A stretch of 64,000 bases of DNA from Amphiscolops sp. MND2022 (Eukaryota). The DNA is taken from contig OZ076413.1 of the NCBI GenBank assembly GCA_964187785.1, positions 42,534,001-42,598,000 on the forward strand, written 5' to 3'. The notes below the pieces were generated by a model, which was not told the origin of the DNA, did no database searches, and was given only the letters and a program-made list of their open reading frames with translations. Made by a program: the position numbers and the translations under genes. Of the stretch, positions 50,257-63,591 are shown one piece after another; position 1 is the stretch's first letter; each line of letters begins with the position of its first letter.

Positions 50257-50289
50257 GGTATATATATACGTTCGTATGGCATATATATG

Positions 50290-50561
50290 CACGAATCTTG
50301 CAAGTATCTCAATTTCAGACAAACCTGTCAGATTCTGGCAGATCAGACATTTCTTGCAGATTCAGACGTTTCTTGCAAGATTCTTGCAGGTCAATACATT
50401 TTCTTCCAAGTTACTTCCAAGATTCACACATTTCTTGCAAGATCAGACATTTTCTTCCAAGATCTTCCAAGATATCTGCAAGAATAATGTATTGCCTTCC
50501 AAGATCTTGGAAGTGAAATCTGACAGATTCTTGCAGAAAATGTATGGAAGTTCGACTGGGG
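50290..50561 (+). repeat. TCTTGCAAGA/TCTTCCAAGA-rich interspersed repeat
   Basis: Repeated TCTTGCAAG motif; similar tracts at ~4305, 7950-8120 and 62260-62310. Confidence 0.6.
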
Positions 50562-51610
50562 TATACGTTCAGACCTTTGAAAAGATCATCTTACAAAGTG
50601 CCTACCAAACCAAAAAGGCCTCAAAATGTCACCAAAAAGACCCTCAAAATCCTTAAAATTCGGAAACTTATATTATTCTGATCTATTTGATGCAATTTTG
50701 TACGGTTTTTGAAAGTTTCCAAAAGTTAAAAATTCATGAGAGTTCCACGACAAATCAACGAGCTTATTGGACAAGATTTTCAGAGTAGCAATCAAAGTTT
50801 TTTATGTTCAAAAATTACCAAAACGACCCACAAAACGAAGCTTCCGTTAAATTTTGAACAATCTAAGCAATTTATGTGGACTTTTTGACTGTTTTTGGAC
50901 AAAAGGAGGTCAACATAGCTCAATAACAAAGCATTTACTTGCTTATAATACCTTTTGGAAAAACAATTTGGAACATGTTGTTTAAAAATGGTGAAAGCAA
51001 TTTTCTTCAGCTATGGACGTTTTCTTCAACTTCTGTTCACTTTCTTGATGTTTTGGTAGGTAATGCTGAGAGAAAGTTCAAAACATAAAAGGTTCATCAT
51101 AAATATGAACTCAGCAGCACACTTTTAAAAAAGAAATCAGAGGTTTTCCATATAGAATGCCCGTGAGGTTTTCGAATGCATACCAAAATTGCAAAAAGTA
51201 CAACTTTCTTTCCTATACTTAAAATTTCTTGCAACTTCTGTTCAATTTTCGGATGTCTTGAAGGTTACTACAAGATATACATTTGTTCGGAGAAGACAAA
51301 GTTACATACTTAGCGCTCTTTATAGTAGAAAAAACTGCAAAACCTACAATAAAAAATATCGAAAATGCCAAAAAATTGCAAAAACGACGAAGAAAATCAA
51401 TTAAGATGGTTTCATTTTGTCTGCGTCATGTGCTTGCATTTTTCGTGGTTATTCTTATCTAAAATAGCAACAACAGCACCTTTGACGCATGAGCATACTC
51501 TTTTCGAACGATATTTCGTTTAGTTTCTTCTAAAAATTTTGTGAAGTCAGATAAAAATTTTTCAAAACTTTCTTACAACCTGTTTCACGCCTTTTTGTTG
51601 GAACTGCTTA

Positions 51611-52184
51611 CCCTGGTTGGAACTGCTTGAACTTTTCACATAATTTTGTAGGTTACCAAACTAATTTTCCATGATTTTATAAAATTCTCAAAGAAACGTC
51701 CATGCAACAAAACTTCACTGATTCGATTTAATTTAATCAAGCTGCCTACAAAATGCATCCTAAATTTGGCGGCAATTTTACGCCGCAAAGTTTTGCAGGT
51801 TTCATTAAGACTCTAATTTCCATAATTAAGACGTTCTAATTTCTAATTTTGAATGCAGCTGAGACCGTCATCAATTTTACCGCGCTTTCAATGTAAATAA
51901 ACTTCAGTCACAATATAAGTTTCAAAGTAGCGTCATATTCAGCGTGCTATCTGACTAACGGTGATTACATAAGATACTTACTTGAGAAATTTACGCATGA
52001 AAACAAAGTCGTCGCGGTGGTGAAGAAGTGGAAATGTTTTCAGTTTTAACTGAAATAGTGGAAGCTGCATTGTAATCCTACAAAATGTTTTCATGCAGGC
52101 TCCCGAAATTTTCCATGTTGTGTAAAAAATTAGCCTGCATGTTTCCGTGCAGCATGTAAAAAGTTCAAGCAATCTCGACTAGGG
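51611..52184 (+). mobile_element. CACTA/EnSpm-like non-autonomous element, most complete copy
   Basis: TIRs CCCTGGTTGGAACTGC / GCAATCTCGACTAGGG, TA on both flanks (2-bp TSD); at least four copies in the window. Confidence 0.8.
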
Positions 52185-53469
52185 TAACTTTCCATTGTAT
52201 TAGTATGTATGCAAACGTACGAAAACATAGGATTAACATATTGGTAACTTAGTATATTTCGAAAGTACAGAGGGAAATGTTTCCGAAGTAAATGCCTAAA
52301 CGAACCAAATAAACTTTTTGCGAGTTTTTTTCGCATTTTCTGTACACCTTTTGGATGCTTTCGTTAGTATGAAGATTCAGAAAATAGTGAGAAAAATATC
52401 TTTTCCTGGGCTATGAAACACGTTATTAGAAAACAACTATTGAAGTTTACTTCAAAAAAAGTTGAAATGATTCAGAAAGGTTTGGAATTTTTAGCTTTTG
52501 GCGATCATGATGTAGTGTTTAATTCATTAAGCCTCTATGGGAATAAAGTTTGAACTCATTTAACTCACTAATTTTGGATTTTGGATAATTTTTTGCTCCC
52601 AACTCATTGGTAAGATTTAAAAAAGAATAACGAAGAAAACAATTTTTTCAAAAGCAATGGACCTTAAAAAACACACTTCGACATCTCAGCTTCAAGTCGA
52701 CCATCGCTGTACATTTGGAACCGTAGCTTGCTATGAGAAGTTTCCATGGAAGGCATCGTTTGAGAAAAGCCAAAAAACTTCTCGAGCTTGTACTCCGCTA
52801 TATATGGGAATTGAACTTCTCCTTGTTTGTTCTAAATTTAGATTGTTTCATGCAATTGGGTTACACTTTTTGGAGCATGATGATTCAGATGTTTCAAACA
52901 ACAAACCATTTGCTGGTTAGCATGCTCTCGTAAAGCGAAATCTGGTGTTCGAAGTATGGAGTTTTCATTTTGAAATGAAAGGTATAAATTGAAATGAAAA
53001 TAACATTTTCGATCGTGTCTTTCTGAGAAAATATTACAGTTTTTGGATGTTTTGTGGGTATGAGTTTTCAGTCTTTAGCTTGTGCCCCTGAATTATATCG
53101 TAGTTGAAATAGCTTGAAATTTTTCTGTCTTCTCAGTTGACGTCTCGTTACATATTCAAAACTGCTATTGAATAAAGAAAGTTCTCTTTTGAAAACCTGC
53201 AAAAAAGTTTTCATTTGTTGTTGGAATCGAATAGCGTTTTTCATATTCGGGCAAAAATTTTAGCGAAAAGTTAACCCGTCTTATCGCGTGTCGTCGACTA
53301 TTACCAGGTGTGTCAACTACTACCCTGTGAAATCTTTTCCGAATTTTGTGAATTATTCACTCTACTGAAAAATCATTTCAGACAACTGTATGCTAGCAAG
53401 CCCAAAATGGAATTCGCCGATTGCTGTAATCAAACTAGGGATCTTATAACTTTGGATGTGCTGTTCGGT

Positions 53470-53955
53470 GAGGCAACGATTGAGTCCCAAAACAAATTGA
53501 GTCCCAATACAAATTGAGTCCCAAATGCAAAAAGCGTCAATTGAGTCCCGCGACAATTGAGTCCCAAACAAATTACTTTGACGAACTTACCAAATGCCGA
53601 CAGTTGAGTCCCAAATGTAAATAGCGACAATTGAAAAGGTTGCATATTTGTTGTATGGCTCGGTCGCTTCGCTCCCTTCGCCAAGTAGCAACATTGAGGC
53701 ATGGCCATATGGCACGTCGCTCCGCTTCGCTTCGCTCCTGCATTTAGGGCACTAGGGGTATATGAACATATCTGACTACGTTATAATAATATTTCATTTC
53801 TGAATTATTTGGGACTCAATTGTCGCGGGACTCAATTGTCGACCCCCTAAATTCAATTTATTTTGGGACGCAATTTGTTTTGGGACTCAATTGTCGCTTT
53901 TTGCATTTGGGACTCAATTGTCGCTTTTTGCATTTGGGACTCAATCGTCCATTTC
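53470..53955. mobile_element. Foldback-like MITE with CAATTGAGTCCCA / TGGGACTCAATTG arrays
   Basis: Left array of TTGAGTCCCA, right array of TGGGACTCAA; variant of the 2650/44622 family. Confidence 0.78.
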
Positions 53956-55876
53956 CCAGCTAAAGCTCAAACATATGACTTATAAGATTGATTCTGCGGT
54001 TTTTTGCATCGTGAAAATATTTGATTGCACGGGAAGTCTCAAAGAGCAAATTATGTACCTGTGTTCATCCAGATTCGAGAGTCATTGGGATGTCCCATCA
54101 AAGTGTGCTGTTTTTTGAAGTAAGCCACTCATTTTTTGCAGAAAACGTACCTGATGGAATGATTTTTTTTGTTATAACTTAAAATCTCGACAAAAAAGTT
54201 TTATAACAATGCTCATTAAACTACAAGCCATGTTTAAAAACGTATGCTAGGGTGAGGGCTACTACCAATACACTTCTCCAGTTACCTCAGATACGATTAG
54301 CGACAGGTATTTAGAATATCCCTGATATTTAGACATGTGCTTAGTCGAGATATCTTTCGAATGTTTTTGTAGCGTTTGCTTTAATATAAACAAGGAATTT
54401 TTTCGCATCATTTTTATCCGTTTTGATTCAACAGGAGTAGTTTGAAATTTTTTGCTCATATCTCGGTAGAAAACAGCATAAGGTCCGCTGGTGTGACAAA
54501 AGGAAGTATAAGCCGAGGATACAACGGAGTAGAAACACGAACGCTCCAAGCATTTATTACCGATTGCATTATTTTCACATTCTGTTCACACGGAGCCTTT
54601 GACCTTGGAAACAAGTAATGGCATTCAAAGTGTGATCATGCCGTGACTTTTTCGTCATTATTATGCATGATTTTTTTCAGAATCCCGTGAACAGATTTCT
54701 GTTCAAGTGCTGTTGGTAATGCTCTCGGGAAAACTAATTGAAGAACGCTCCGCTGAATGAAAAATAAGTTCTATCCGGGCTGAAATTAAATGCTGCCTTC
54801 GTCTGTGCAAATGTGCAGAGTTTTAAATAGAGGTGTACTGGACATCAAGTCCAGTCAGGTATCCGGCCGGATTTCAGAAAAATGTCCGATCCGGTACCCG
54901 GCCGAAATTTTGACAAAATCCGGACGGACAAATATCCAAGCAAATGGGACAAATATCCAAGCAAATGATCGCATATCTCAAATTTTAGGTTCTTTTCCTC
55001 CATGCTGGAACTTTCGATCTAGATCAAGACAGCGACGGTTTCGTACGTTTCAAACTGGTAATTTTTCTGCGCTGAAACTAGTGTGTTGCTCCTCTGCAAA
55101 AACTACCTGCTTTATGAATCAGTTAGAAACACCAAGGTAATCCAAATTGGTTTGAAGCCATCAGACGTTGCTCCAGAAAAAGTTACCACATTTATTCAAA
55201 ATTGCCTCATTGCATTGCTTGCATACTCGAATCCAGAAAAAATTAAAAACTAAAACATGAAAACTACAGAATACCTTTTATGCTTGAAAAAAACTTGAAA
55301 ACTGATCACTTGTGTATTAACTTCAGGAGGAGGTAAGCTCCGGTAACAATTCGGCTTTTGGGCTCAGAGTTGACGTTTACCCTGGTCTGCTTACTTTTCA
55401 GTGTTTTAGTCAGCCAGATATAAACAGTCATATGTTTACGTCATCATCTGAAAAGCCTTCTCCGATACCAACTTCTGTGTCCAGTGCTCAGAGACAGTGC
55501 TGCAAAGCTTAAACGTGTTCTGCGAAGTAAAAATTAACTAATTCATTTGACATCAATATTATTGTGCATCAGAAAGTTTTGTCTGAACCAGTGATCAATT
55601 TTCTGACATTTTGCTTTCTTGTTTCCCAGTTTTTTTGGAAGGAAGTTATTCTAAAAGTTACTTTTTTGTGAAGTAAATTCGTAAAAATACAAATTCCGGA
55701 AAAAATTCAAAACAATGTAATTTGAGCTATCATTTGAATTGTTTCGGATTGCTAATTAATCTATCCGTCCAATTGAGAGTCGCCTGTCAATTAAAATGAA
55801 GAGCTAATATTCACTAATCAATATATTAGTTATAACTAATATACTTAAATATATATTGTTATAAATAACGATGCAG

Positions 55877-57004
55877 TACTTCTCAAAGGTCAAGCAAGGG
55901 ATCAATGACCCCACAAAGGGAAGACTCATCAGAATCGAACTCGAGCACCTCACTGATTGTTCCCACTTTGAAATCGGATTTACCCCCCAGGGATATTCCC
56001 TGTTTTCGCAGTGCTTACTTCTTGGCCCGGCCAACTACCCCGACCAACAACAGTCCAAATGATTCCAGTCCAAAAGTGGAAGTGCAATCGTCGAACTGTG
56101 GCAAAAAAATTCCTTTGGGAAACAAGCCATGCTCAAACAGCCAAAATTCTGCGAATGTGCCAGAAAACTCACACAAAATTACCTCTTCTGCGGAAACACA
56201 TGCAGTTGATAAAAAAGACGAGGAAAAATTGGGCGAAAACGTAACATTAACTCCGAAAATTTCAAATTTACCTCTAGAAGTAGGACAGGTATTCGTTTAT
56301 GATGATTTTCCCAAGAGCTTAAACGAACCCCCTTGTGAACTAGAAAAGTCACCGGATAGGTTGTCAAATGAAAGTTATTTAGATGAACATTCAAAGCTTA
56401 ATTTGGAGGGAGTTGAAACTTCACAGAATGATAAAACCCAATGCAATGCCTATACGCAAGGCTATTCGTGCAGCAAAGAAGAAAGAAAATTTGACCCTGA
56501 AGATAAAGAGAAGAATTCTTGTGATGAAAATCAATCACTTCCTCATGACGTAACCACAAAAAATGGCAGCCAATCAAATTGCAATGAAACAATATCGATG
56601 GCGTCACCGAATGTTGCAGTAAGAGCAAGCCAATTAAATTTTTCTTCAACCCCCAGTTCACAGAATAACAGAAAGAAAACACGCGAAAAAGAGCAAACGT
56701 CAACTGCTGCAAAAAAGCTCGCTGCTGCAAGCGAAAAAATAATTTCCCCAAAAAACGTATCACCCATCTTGAAGTTTTTTCCTTCACCCAAAGAAGTTGT
56801 TATATCTAGTTATGACAACGAAGATTACGATGTACGTTCAATTACCAGTAGAAGTAGCGGAAACAAAACACCTCCTTCAAATCTCAAGCTTACCCCTGAT
56901 AACAAACAGGAAGATGTTTCTTTTGACGACTCTGTAGACGCTGAAGATAGCCCCAGTTTGTTCAACTTTCCTGCACTAGCCGACGCATCAATGGGAGTTT
57001 TAAG
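55877..57004 (+). CDS. Large exon of a host gene, Ser/Asn/Lys-rich and probably disordered
   Basis: 367-aa stop-free ORF in AT-rich DNA, ending at a strong donor AAG|GTAAGA (57004/5); candidate acceptor atgcag at 55875-55876, or ATG start at 55905. Confidence 0.7.
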
Positions 57005-57082
57005 GTAAGAATTATGGAATTTAGTTCTACAATAATGTATAACTTCTCACTTGAAACCATTATATTTGGTTTTTGACAGAAG

Positions 57083-57093
57083 TAATCAATCAC

Positions 57094-57125
<32 letters not shown>
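57083..57125 (+). repeat. (AATC)n microsatellite
   Basis: About ten AATC units. Confidence 0.95.
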
Positions 57126-57128
<3 letters not shown>

Positions 57129-57324
57129 TTTCCATTTTAACCATTCAAATTGTTCAATAATTGGAGGTTTGACTAAGTCTGCGTTTTTGTTATAATTGAA
57201 CCGTCGAATAATTCAGATATAATTTTGCAAAAGGCATAAAACAGATGTTTTTTTTCTTCGAAGATTATTGCCAGTGCAGCCATTTTCTCTCAAGCTTAAC
57301 AGAATCAAGCTATCCGCGACTAGC

Positions 57325-60300
57325 TGTAGAGGTGACGACTAGACAGTCTAGACAATTACCATTAGTCTGAAGCCTGAATAGTACCTGCCAATGAACATTA
57401 AAACCATACCGCATACAATTCATTTGATGCTAAACTTTATGTTAATATAGCTTGTTACACCTAATTGTGATTGAGATACTGAACAGCTCTTAATTTGAAC
57501 TTTTCTTACTATCACTCTTTTTACGAGTCTAAAACATGGCGCAGTCATGAAAGAAAGAAAAAGAAAAATAACGGACAATACGAACATCATTAATGGAACC
57601 GATCAGACGGTGGCCAACCAAGCGACTGTTGAAAGGACTGAGAAACAAATACAAAATCCCGATCCTATCGGACAGAGAAACCGACCTATCAAAAATCAAC
57701 CCCAAAATGTGGTGGGAGCAGATATCGGAATATCTCGACCTGACATATCAGAAGAAATTAGAAGAAATGATTGAACAGGTATATAACTCCATGGACCCAC
57801 ATACAACATATCATATCAAAGGCGATGTTATATGGGCATTGGGCCCAAAGGCAAAACACGAGAACATTTAGAGGCCAGTGGGGAAAAAAGCTCAAGGACA
57901 TCAGTTTACAAGAACTATTGAAACTGTTCAAAAAGACCTTCTTATCCGCTAGAAATGTATTCCATAGTAGAACCCAATTCTTCAACATCAAACAAGAAGA
58001 CAATGAGACCCTAGATGAATGCTGGAAGAGAATAGTAGATATCGAAACGAAGTGCAAATTCAACACCATCACACCGGAAGATAATATCACATACAAATTT
58101 GCGGCATCTATAAATGACAAGAAGGCCCGCGACAAATTCATCAAAGGTCCATTGAAACTACAGCTAATACTCAAAACCATAGAGCTGGATAACTACAACC
58201 GCAAATACGGAGACAAACAAACCAAATTCAAGAAACAGCGAAAAAATTCCTCCGAAAGCACATCCGAGGACGAACAAGTCGGATACACTAAACCAGTACC
58301 GAAAAAGAAAGCTACATTTACCAACAAACAGAAAATCTCCTGTCATTTCTGCGGGAAGTCAAATTGGACTCCCGAACACATCTGCCCGCCACGGACGGCT
58401 AAATGCAACAACTGCAAAAAATCTGGACATTTTGCAAAAGTAGGCCGATCTAAAACAGTAAACCGGATACAGGAAGAAGATACAGGCAGCAACACGGTGA
58501 TAGACCATATCCAGTCCGTCAGCGGCATTAATCGCGTAGATTTCTGCAAAGCATTCCTATTGGTGGAGCGACAATCAATAGAATTCATTACTGACACTGG
58601 TTCTCCAGTAACAATAATCCCGCCAATTATTAATCCAAAAGACATCAAGACGACCTCAAAGTGCTTTGTTGACGTAAACAAAAAGCCAATAAAATTCAAA
58701 GGTGAAGCCATGGTGGAAGTCGAAACGGGAAGCAACAAATTGACACTGTCAATATTAATCACGGAAAAGGAAAACACACAGCCTCTACTGGGACTGAACT
58801 GGCTAGACAAACTGGAGATTGGTCTACAAGGGAACTGCAAGACGAAAATCCTCTGGAACAAAGCCGCCAACGAAAAAAGTAGAATTTTATCGATGAATTC
58901 GAGAACTTTTTTTAAAAAGAACCACACAATAAAAGTCTTAACTATAGACATTCAATTGAAAAAAGACGCCAAGCCGATACACCAAAAAGGGATGCCAGTA
59001 CCAATCCATTTTTAAAAAAAGTGAAGAATAAATTGTGGAAAAACTGAATTAAAAAAGGCCGACAAAACGACAAACAACTGTTTCGTATCTCCGGCAGTGA
59101 TAACTATCAAAAAACACAAGTCGGTGAAAATTGCATTACATTCCAGAAAGCTGATCGAATCATGCATAAAGAGAAACTCGACAATGCCAAAAATGGAGGA
59201 ACTAATCAGTGAAATATCTGCAAAGATTACAAAAAGCAACCGCGAAATATGGGTGTCCGAAATTGACTTAGACTACGCCTACGGACAGGCATAATTATCC
59301 ATGGAGGCGTCAAGACACTCTGTGTTTTCAATTATTGGCGTTGACTTCACGGGACATTACCGGTTCAAGAAAGAATTTTTCGGCCTATCGAATATCCCTA
59401 CCGTGTTTCACAAACATATAGACAGAGTCCTGGAATTCAAAACAGCACTCTGGCTAGACGACATCTTTTGCGTTACAAACGGGACGATAGAAAAACATGA
59501 ACAAAAATTGTGCGATGTCCTGTCCAAGCTACAAGAAACCGGCTATCGAGCAAGTGAGAAAAAGACGGAATTATTCAAAAAGAACTAACCTGGCTGTGGC
59601 ACCATATAAATCAGAATGGGGTAACGCCAATCAAAGATAAAACCGAAGCCATAACATAGCTGAAACCTCCCACAAACACCAAAAAACTAGAATCATTCTT
59701 GGAATCAATCCAACTATTGTCAAAATTTCGAAATAATTTCTCCAAAAAGACCAAAAGGATGAGAAGAATGCTAAAGAAGGGTGTAAAATGGGTGTGGACA
59801 AAAGAAATAAATGATGATTTTGAACAATTAAAAAAGGAATTCACTAAAGCACCATGCCTTGCGCATTTTGATGCGATGTCACATCATCAGACAGCGAACG
59901 CTAGACAAGGCAACTCATGCAGGAAAAATGCCCGACCAATCTACTGAGGTAACTCCGGAAACACGACCGCGTAAACCTCATCCGCCTGAAACAGACGGCT
60001 AAGCGGAACATTTTGCCAGAAGACCGTAATGAGAAGACGGCAGAAACGATAAAGAAAGCAGAGAAAGATTTCTCAATGGATCTACCGCTATTAGTCGAAG
60101 AAACGGCACAAGATCCGAAAATGCTGGGTGCAATAAATGCCCTTGAAGCAGGACGAACCGACAATATACTCTATCCGTACCGTCCACACAGGGAAAATCT
60201 GACAACCCGTTTCCAATTGTAATTTTACAACGATAAAATAAACATACCCGAGGCAATGAGGTCGACAATAATAGCGATGTTACATCAGAGACATGTATCC

Positions 60301-62209
60301 ACAAACAAAATGGACCAGTCAGCGGAAACATTTTGGGGGCCCGGCTTACACCGCGAGATTCGAGAAAAGGCAGAAAACTGTTCTAGTTGCAGAGCTGCAG
60401 GTAAGAATATAAAAACACAATTATCGCAGACGGAGATAAAAAAGACTCCAATGTTTTGCTGACCCTGACCAAGAAATCCAATTGGACTTCGCTGGTCCAA
60501 TCAAATCAAAAACTCGTGGAGACTTTTATATTTTAGTAGCTATTGATCGTTTTAGTAAATGGCCAAAGGCTCAAATTTGCAAGAAATTGACTCACGGACC
60601 GTAGTAACATTTTTAACTAAATACTGTGTAGATAACGGAAAATCCACGGACTACTGTAACGGTTTAAAGAGTTTAAAGACTACTGTAACGGCGAAAATAT
60701 AAATCGAATACGATGTACCCCTAGCTTGCATACGAGAACCGGGTTGGTCGAGAAAACAATACGCTTGATCAAATCTCTAACTAGAGCCGTTTTAGAAGAC
60801 CGATTATCTTCTGAAGAAAGCGTCCAAGTGGCAATTAAAACTATTACACAAACGCCACATAATACATTGAAAACGACACCTTTTCAAATGCATTTTGCAT
60901 TTTGGACAAAAACCACGTACGCCTATCACTAATCTGATTGGCCAACCTACCTGCCTATTGCTTGACTGAAAAAAAAACAATAACAAATTGTGTTTTAGCT
61001 CAACCTGCAGAATTACAAGTTTTCACCATTCATGATTCGGAGGGAGAACTTGCAGACTATCTGGTGTTCAATGAATCAAGGAAGAGGGGTAGATCAGTAA
61101 GCGATAATTTTTAAAAAATCAATTTTTCGAGGTAGAAACCAAGCCAAACGCAATGAAATTTAGACTTAAAACTGATAAAATTTTAACTGTGGTTAAAGAA
61201 ACTAAACACACCGTAACTACGGCCGATGGAAAGACAATTCATAAAAAACTGGCGTCTATCCTCTTTAAGTTTCAGCCGTCAAAGAAAACAGGGGAAACAA
61301 GAAAGCCAACAAAGAGATGTACTAGATGCGGCCGTTTTAGCAATGACGAACTATGTGAAACCCACAATTGGATAATGGCTGAAAACAAGAAGCATGATGA
61401 CCAAAATAAGCAAACAAGTTCGAGTAAAACCTTCCGAACCATGCCAGCAAGAAAAGCGCAGGAAACTCCTGACATTACCATAATCTCGGACAGCCAGTCC
61501 ACCACGGCCGGGGAAGCACCGACGTCGGCGAATGTCGACTCAGAACTTACCGTCACATAACATATCCCAAAGGTCAAGAGACGAATCTTACGGAACAACC
61601 GCCCGACAGCCAAACGCTTATGGTCTCCTCGCCGGTCGGCTGCAGTACGGAACGGACGCACCGTCATACCGCCAAACGTAGCGACACAACCCAAACCGGA
61701 TCGCCACAAAAAACATTTACAACGGTAGACAAAGGTATAGTAGATTTAAGTATCGAGGGAGGGGAAGTTACAGAAACCAATGGGGGGAGAAAAGTGGGTA
61801 CGCAGATCAAAAGGGTGGAAAAACTGGGTGGAATAGAAAATTTTTAATAAACATTGAACCATTTAGAACAGAAGTCGAAACCCAGAAAAAGGTAAACCAT
61901 TTCACCCGCAGCCCAGGGAACGTTACGAAGAAAAAAACAACAATCCGAAAGCAACCATTGGAAATCAGAGCTGGTTCCCATAGTCCCAAAGAGGGGAATG
62001 TAGAGGTGACGACCAGACAGTCTAGACAATTACCATTAGTCTGAAGCCTGAATAGTACCTGCCAATGAACATTAAAACCATACCACTACAATTCAGTTGA
62101 TGCTAAACTTTATGTTGATACAGCTTGTTACACTTAGTTGTGATTGAGATACTGAACAGCTCCTAATTTGAACGTTTCTTACAATCACTCCTTTTACGAG
62201 TCTGTAACA
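57325..62209 (+). mobile_element. Decayed, internally deleted Ty3/gypsy LTR retrotransposon (4.9 kb) in an intron
   Basis: LTRs 57325-57536 and 61999-62209; 5-bp TSD CTAGC; PBS TGGCGCAGTCA (tRNA-Ser-like); PPT AAAGAGGGGAA; two CCHC-like knuckles, 'TDTGS' protease, RT 'WLDD', integrase remnants; RNase H missing after 'CLAHFD' (~59870). Confidence 0.96.
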
Positions 62210-62406
62210 CTAGCCAACTTATTTCAGGATTTTTTAAGAATCAGTCAGCATACTCCATGATCTTGCAAGAATCAGTCAGCATAATCCATCAGTCTGCATC
62301 TTGCAAGAGCTTGCTGGCTGGATACCTAGATTCTAAGGAAAATGTTTCTCAGTGTTAGTTGCATTGGATTTCAGGCTTTTAATAATTTTGAACAATGTTT
62401 CCGTAG

Positions 62407-62584
62407 GAAAGCGAAAACCAGCAGACAACCCACACTGGTGGATTCTGGGGGTCAATGTTCGAAAATGATATCATCCGTCTCTTTTTCTGGCATTTGTTCC
62501 AAAGCCACCCTCACTCCCGAAAATACCAGAGAACTTACTTGCAGGCAGCGCAGATCTTCAAGCAGGGATGTGGAAAAAAACTGA
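62407..62584 (+). CDS. Possible internal exon of the host gene (3' boundary uncertain)
   Basis: Acceptor ttccgtag at 62405-62406 is phase-compatible with the 57004 donor; Ser/Arg-rich open frame; only a weak donor is seen (G|GTCAAT near 62450). Confidence 0.35.
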
Positions 62585-62735
62585 AATATTCAAAAAAAGA
62601 TTCATTTACAAATAGTAAATTCCATTCCATTTTAGGAGTATATATTTAATATATTATATACCTTCGAAAACACTTAAATTTGTTAGCTATAGTTTCCGAA
62701 AAAAACATTGAGTTTTTGGATTCAAACTGAAATTC

Positions 62736-63146
62736 AAAAAAAGACGGGAATGTCTAAGGTACAAAAAGCCTAAAGTTTTTGAAATTGTAAAAGGGGGCTC
62801 TTTGGGCTTTTTGAAAATCCAGCTGTTGCAAAGTATCAAAAAGTTGGAGGGGCTCTTTGGAGACATTAAAAAAGTTCCGAAAAAAAGTTTCGCAAAGCCG
62901 AAAAAAGGGGCGGGGAAAGTCTCATAGTGCTGACAAAATAGAAAAGGGGGACCCTTCTGCTTTGCAATGGTTTTGTATTTCTTGTTAGAGGCTTTGGGTG
63001 CGTTCAAAATCAAGTACTAAGTACTTTTGGTGAAAGTGCACAGTGCATAAAAAGTGGTATATACAGGGTAAGGTCTATGGTCCGACGAAAAAAAATGGCC
63101 ACTATAATAATCGGGCACTTTTCACTAGAAAAGCGCCGACTAAAAA
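62736..63146 (-). mobile_element. HINE-like element, reverse orientation
   Basis: GCGCCGACTAAAAA at 63133-63146 and AAGACGGGAA at 62741 are reverse complements of the 10474-10974 termini. Confidence 0.65.
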
Positions 63147-63279
63147 TACTTGAGTTTTTGGCAGTTTCGAAAAAAGGGTTTAATGACGAGTCTACATAGC
63201 TTATTGTGTCACTTTTCTCCCTGAATTTTGCTCTCAATTTTGAATGATACATCGCCTTTCTTCATATATCATTGACAAG

Positions 63280-63591
63280 GAACCCTTTCGACATCTTTGT
63301 TCACTGTTAGCACTAAATTGGACCAACCATCAAAAACTGGAAGTGTTTCCGTCGACAAACCCGCGTCTGAGTTCGGGCGTCGTGGAAACAGGATATACAG
63401 TTCCAGTCCTTTGGTTCGCAGAGACCGAAAAATGACCGGAAGTGACTCGTCGAAAAATGAACAACAACTGGGAGTACCTGAGAGGTGCTACAAACGACAA
63501 AAGTCTTTAACTAACTCGGAACTCAAAATTTCAGAAGATTTGGCTGAATGTTCGGTGGAAGAAATGACAATTAGATGCATACAATGCTTTG
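63280..63591 (+). CDS. Host exon ending in a RasGEF N-terminal (REM)-like motif; possibly RasGRP/CalDAG-GEF family
   Basis: Open frame ending 'LAECSVEEMTIRCIQCF' at donor G|GTTAGT (phase 1), resembling the RasGRP REM start (C[ST]VEEL...CI..FD). Confidence 0.5.
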
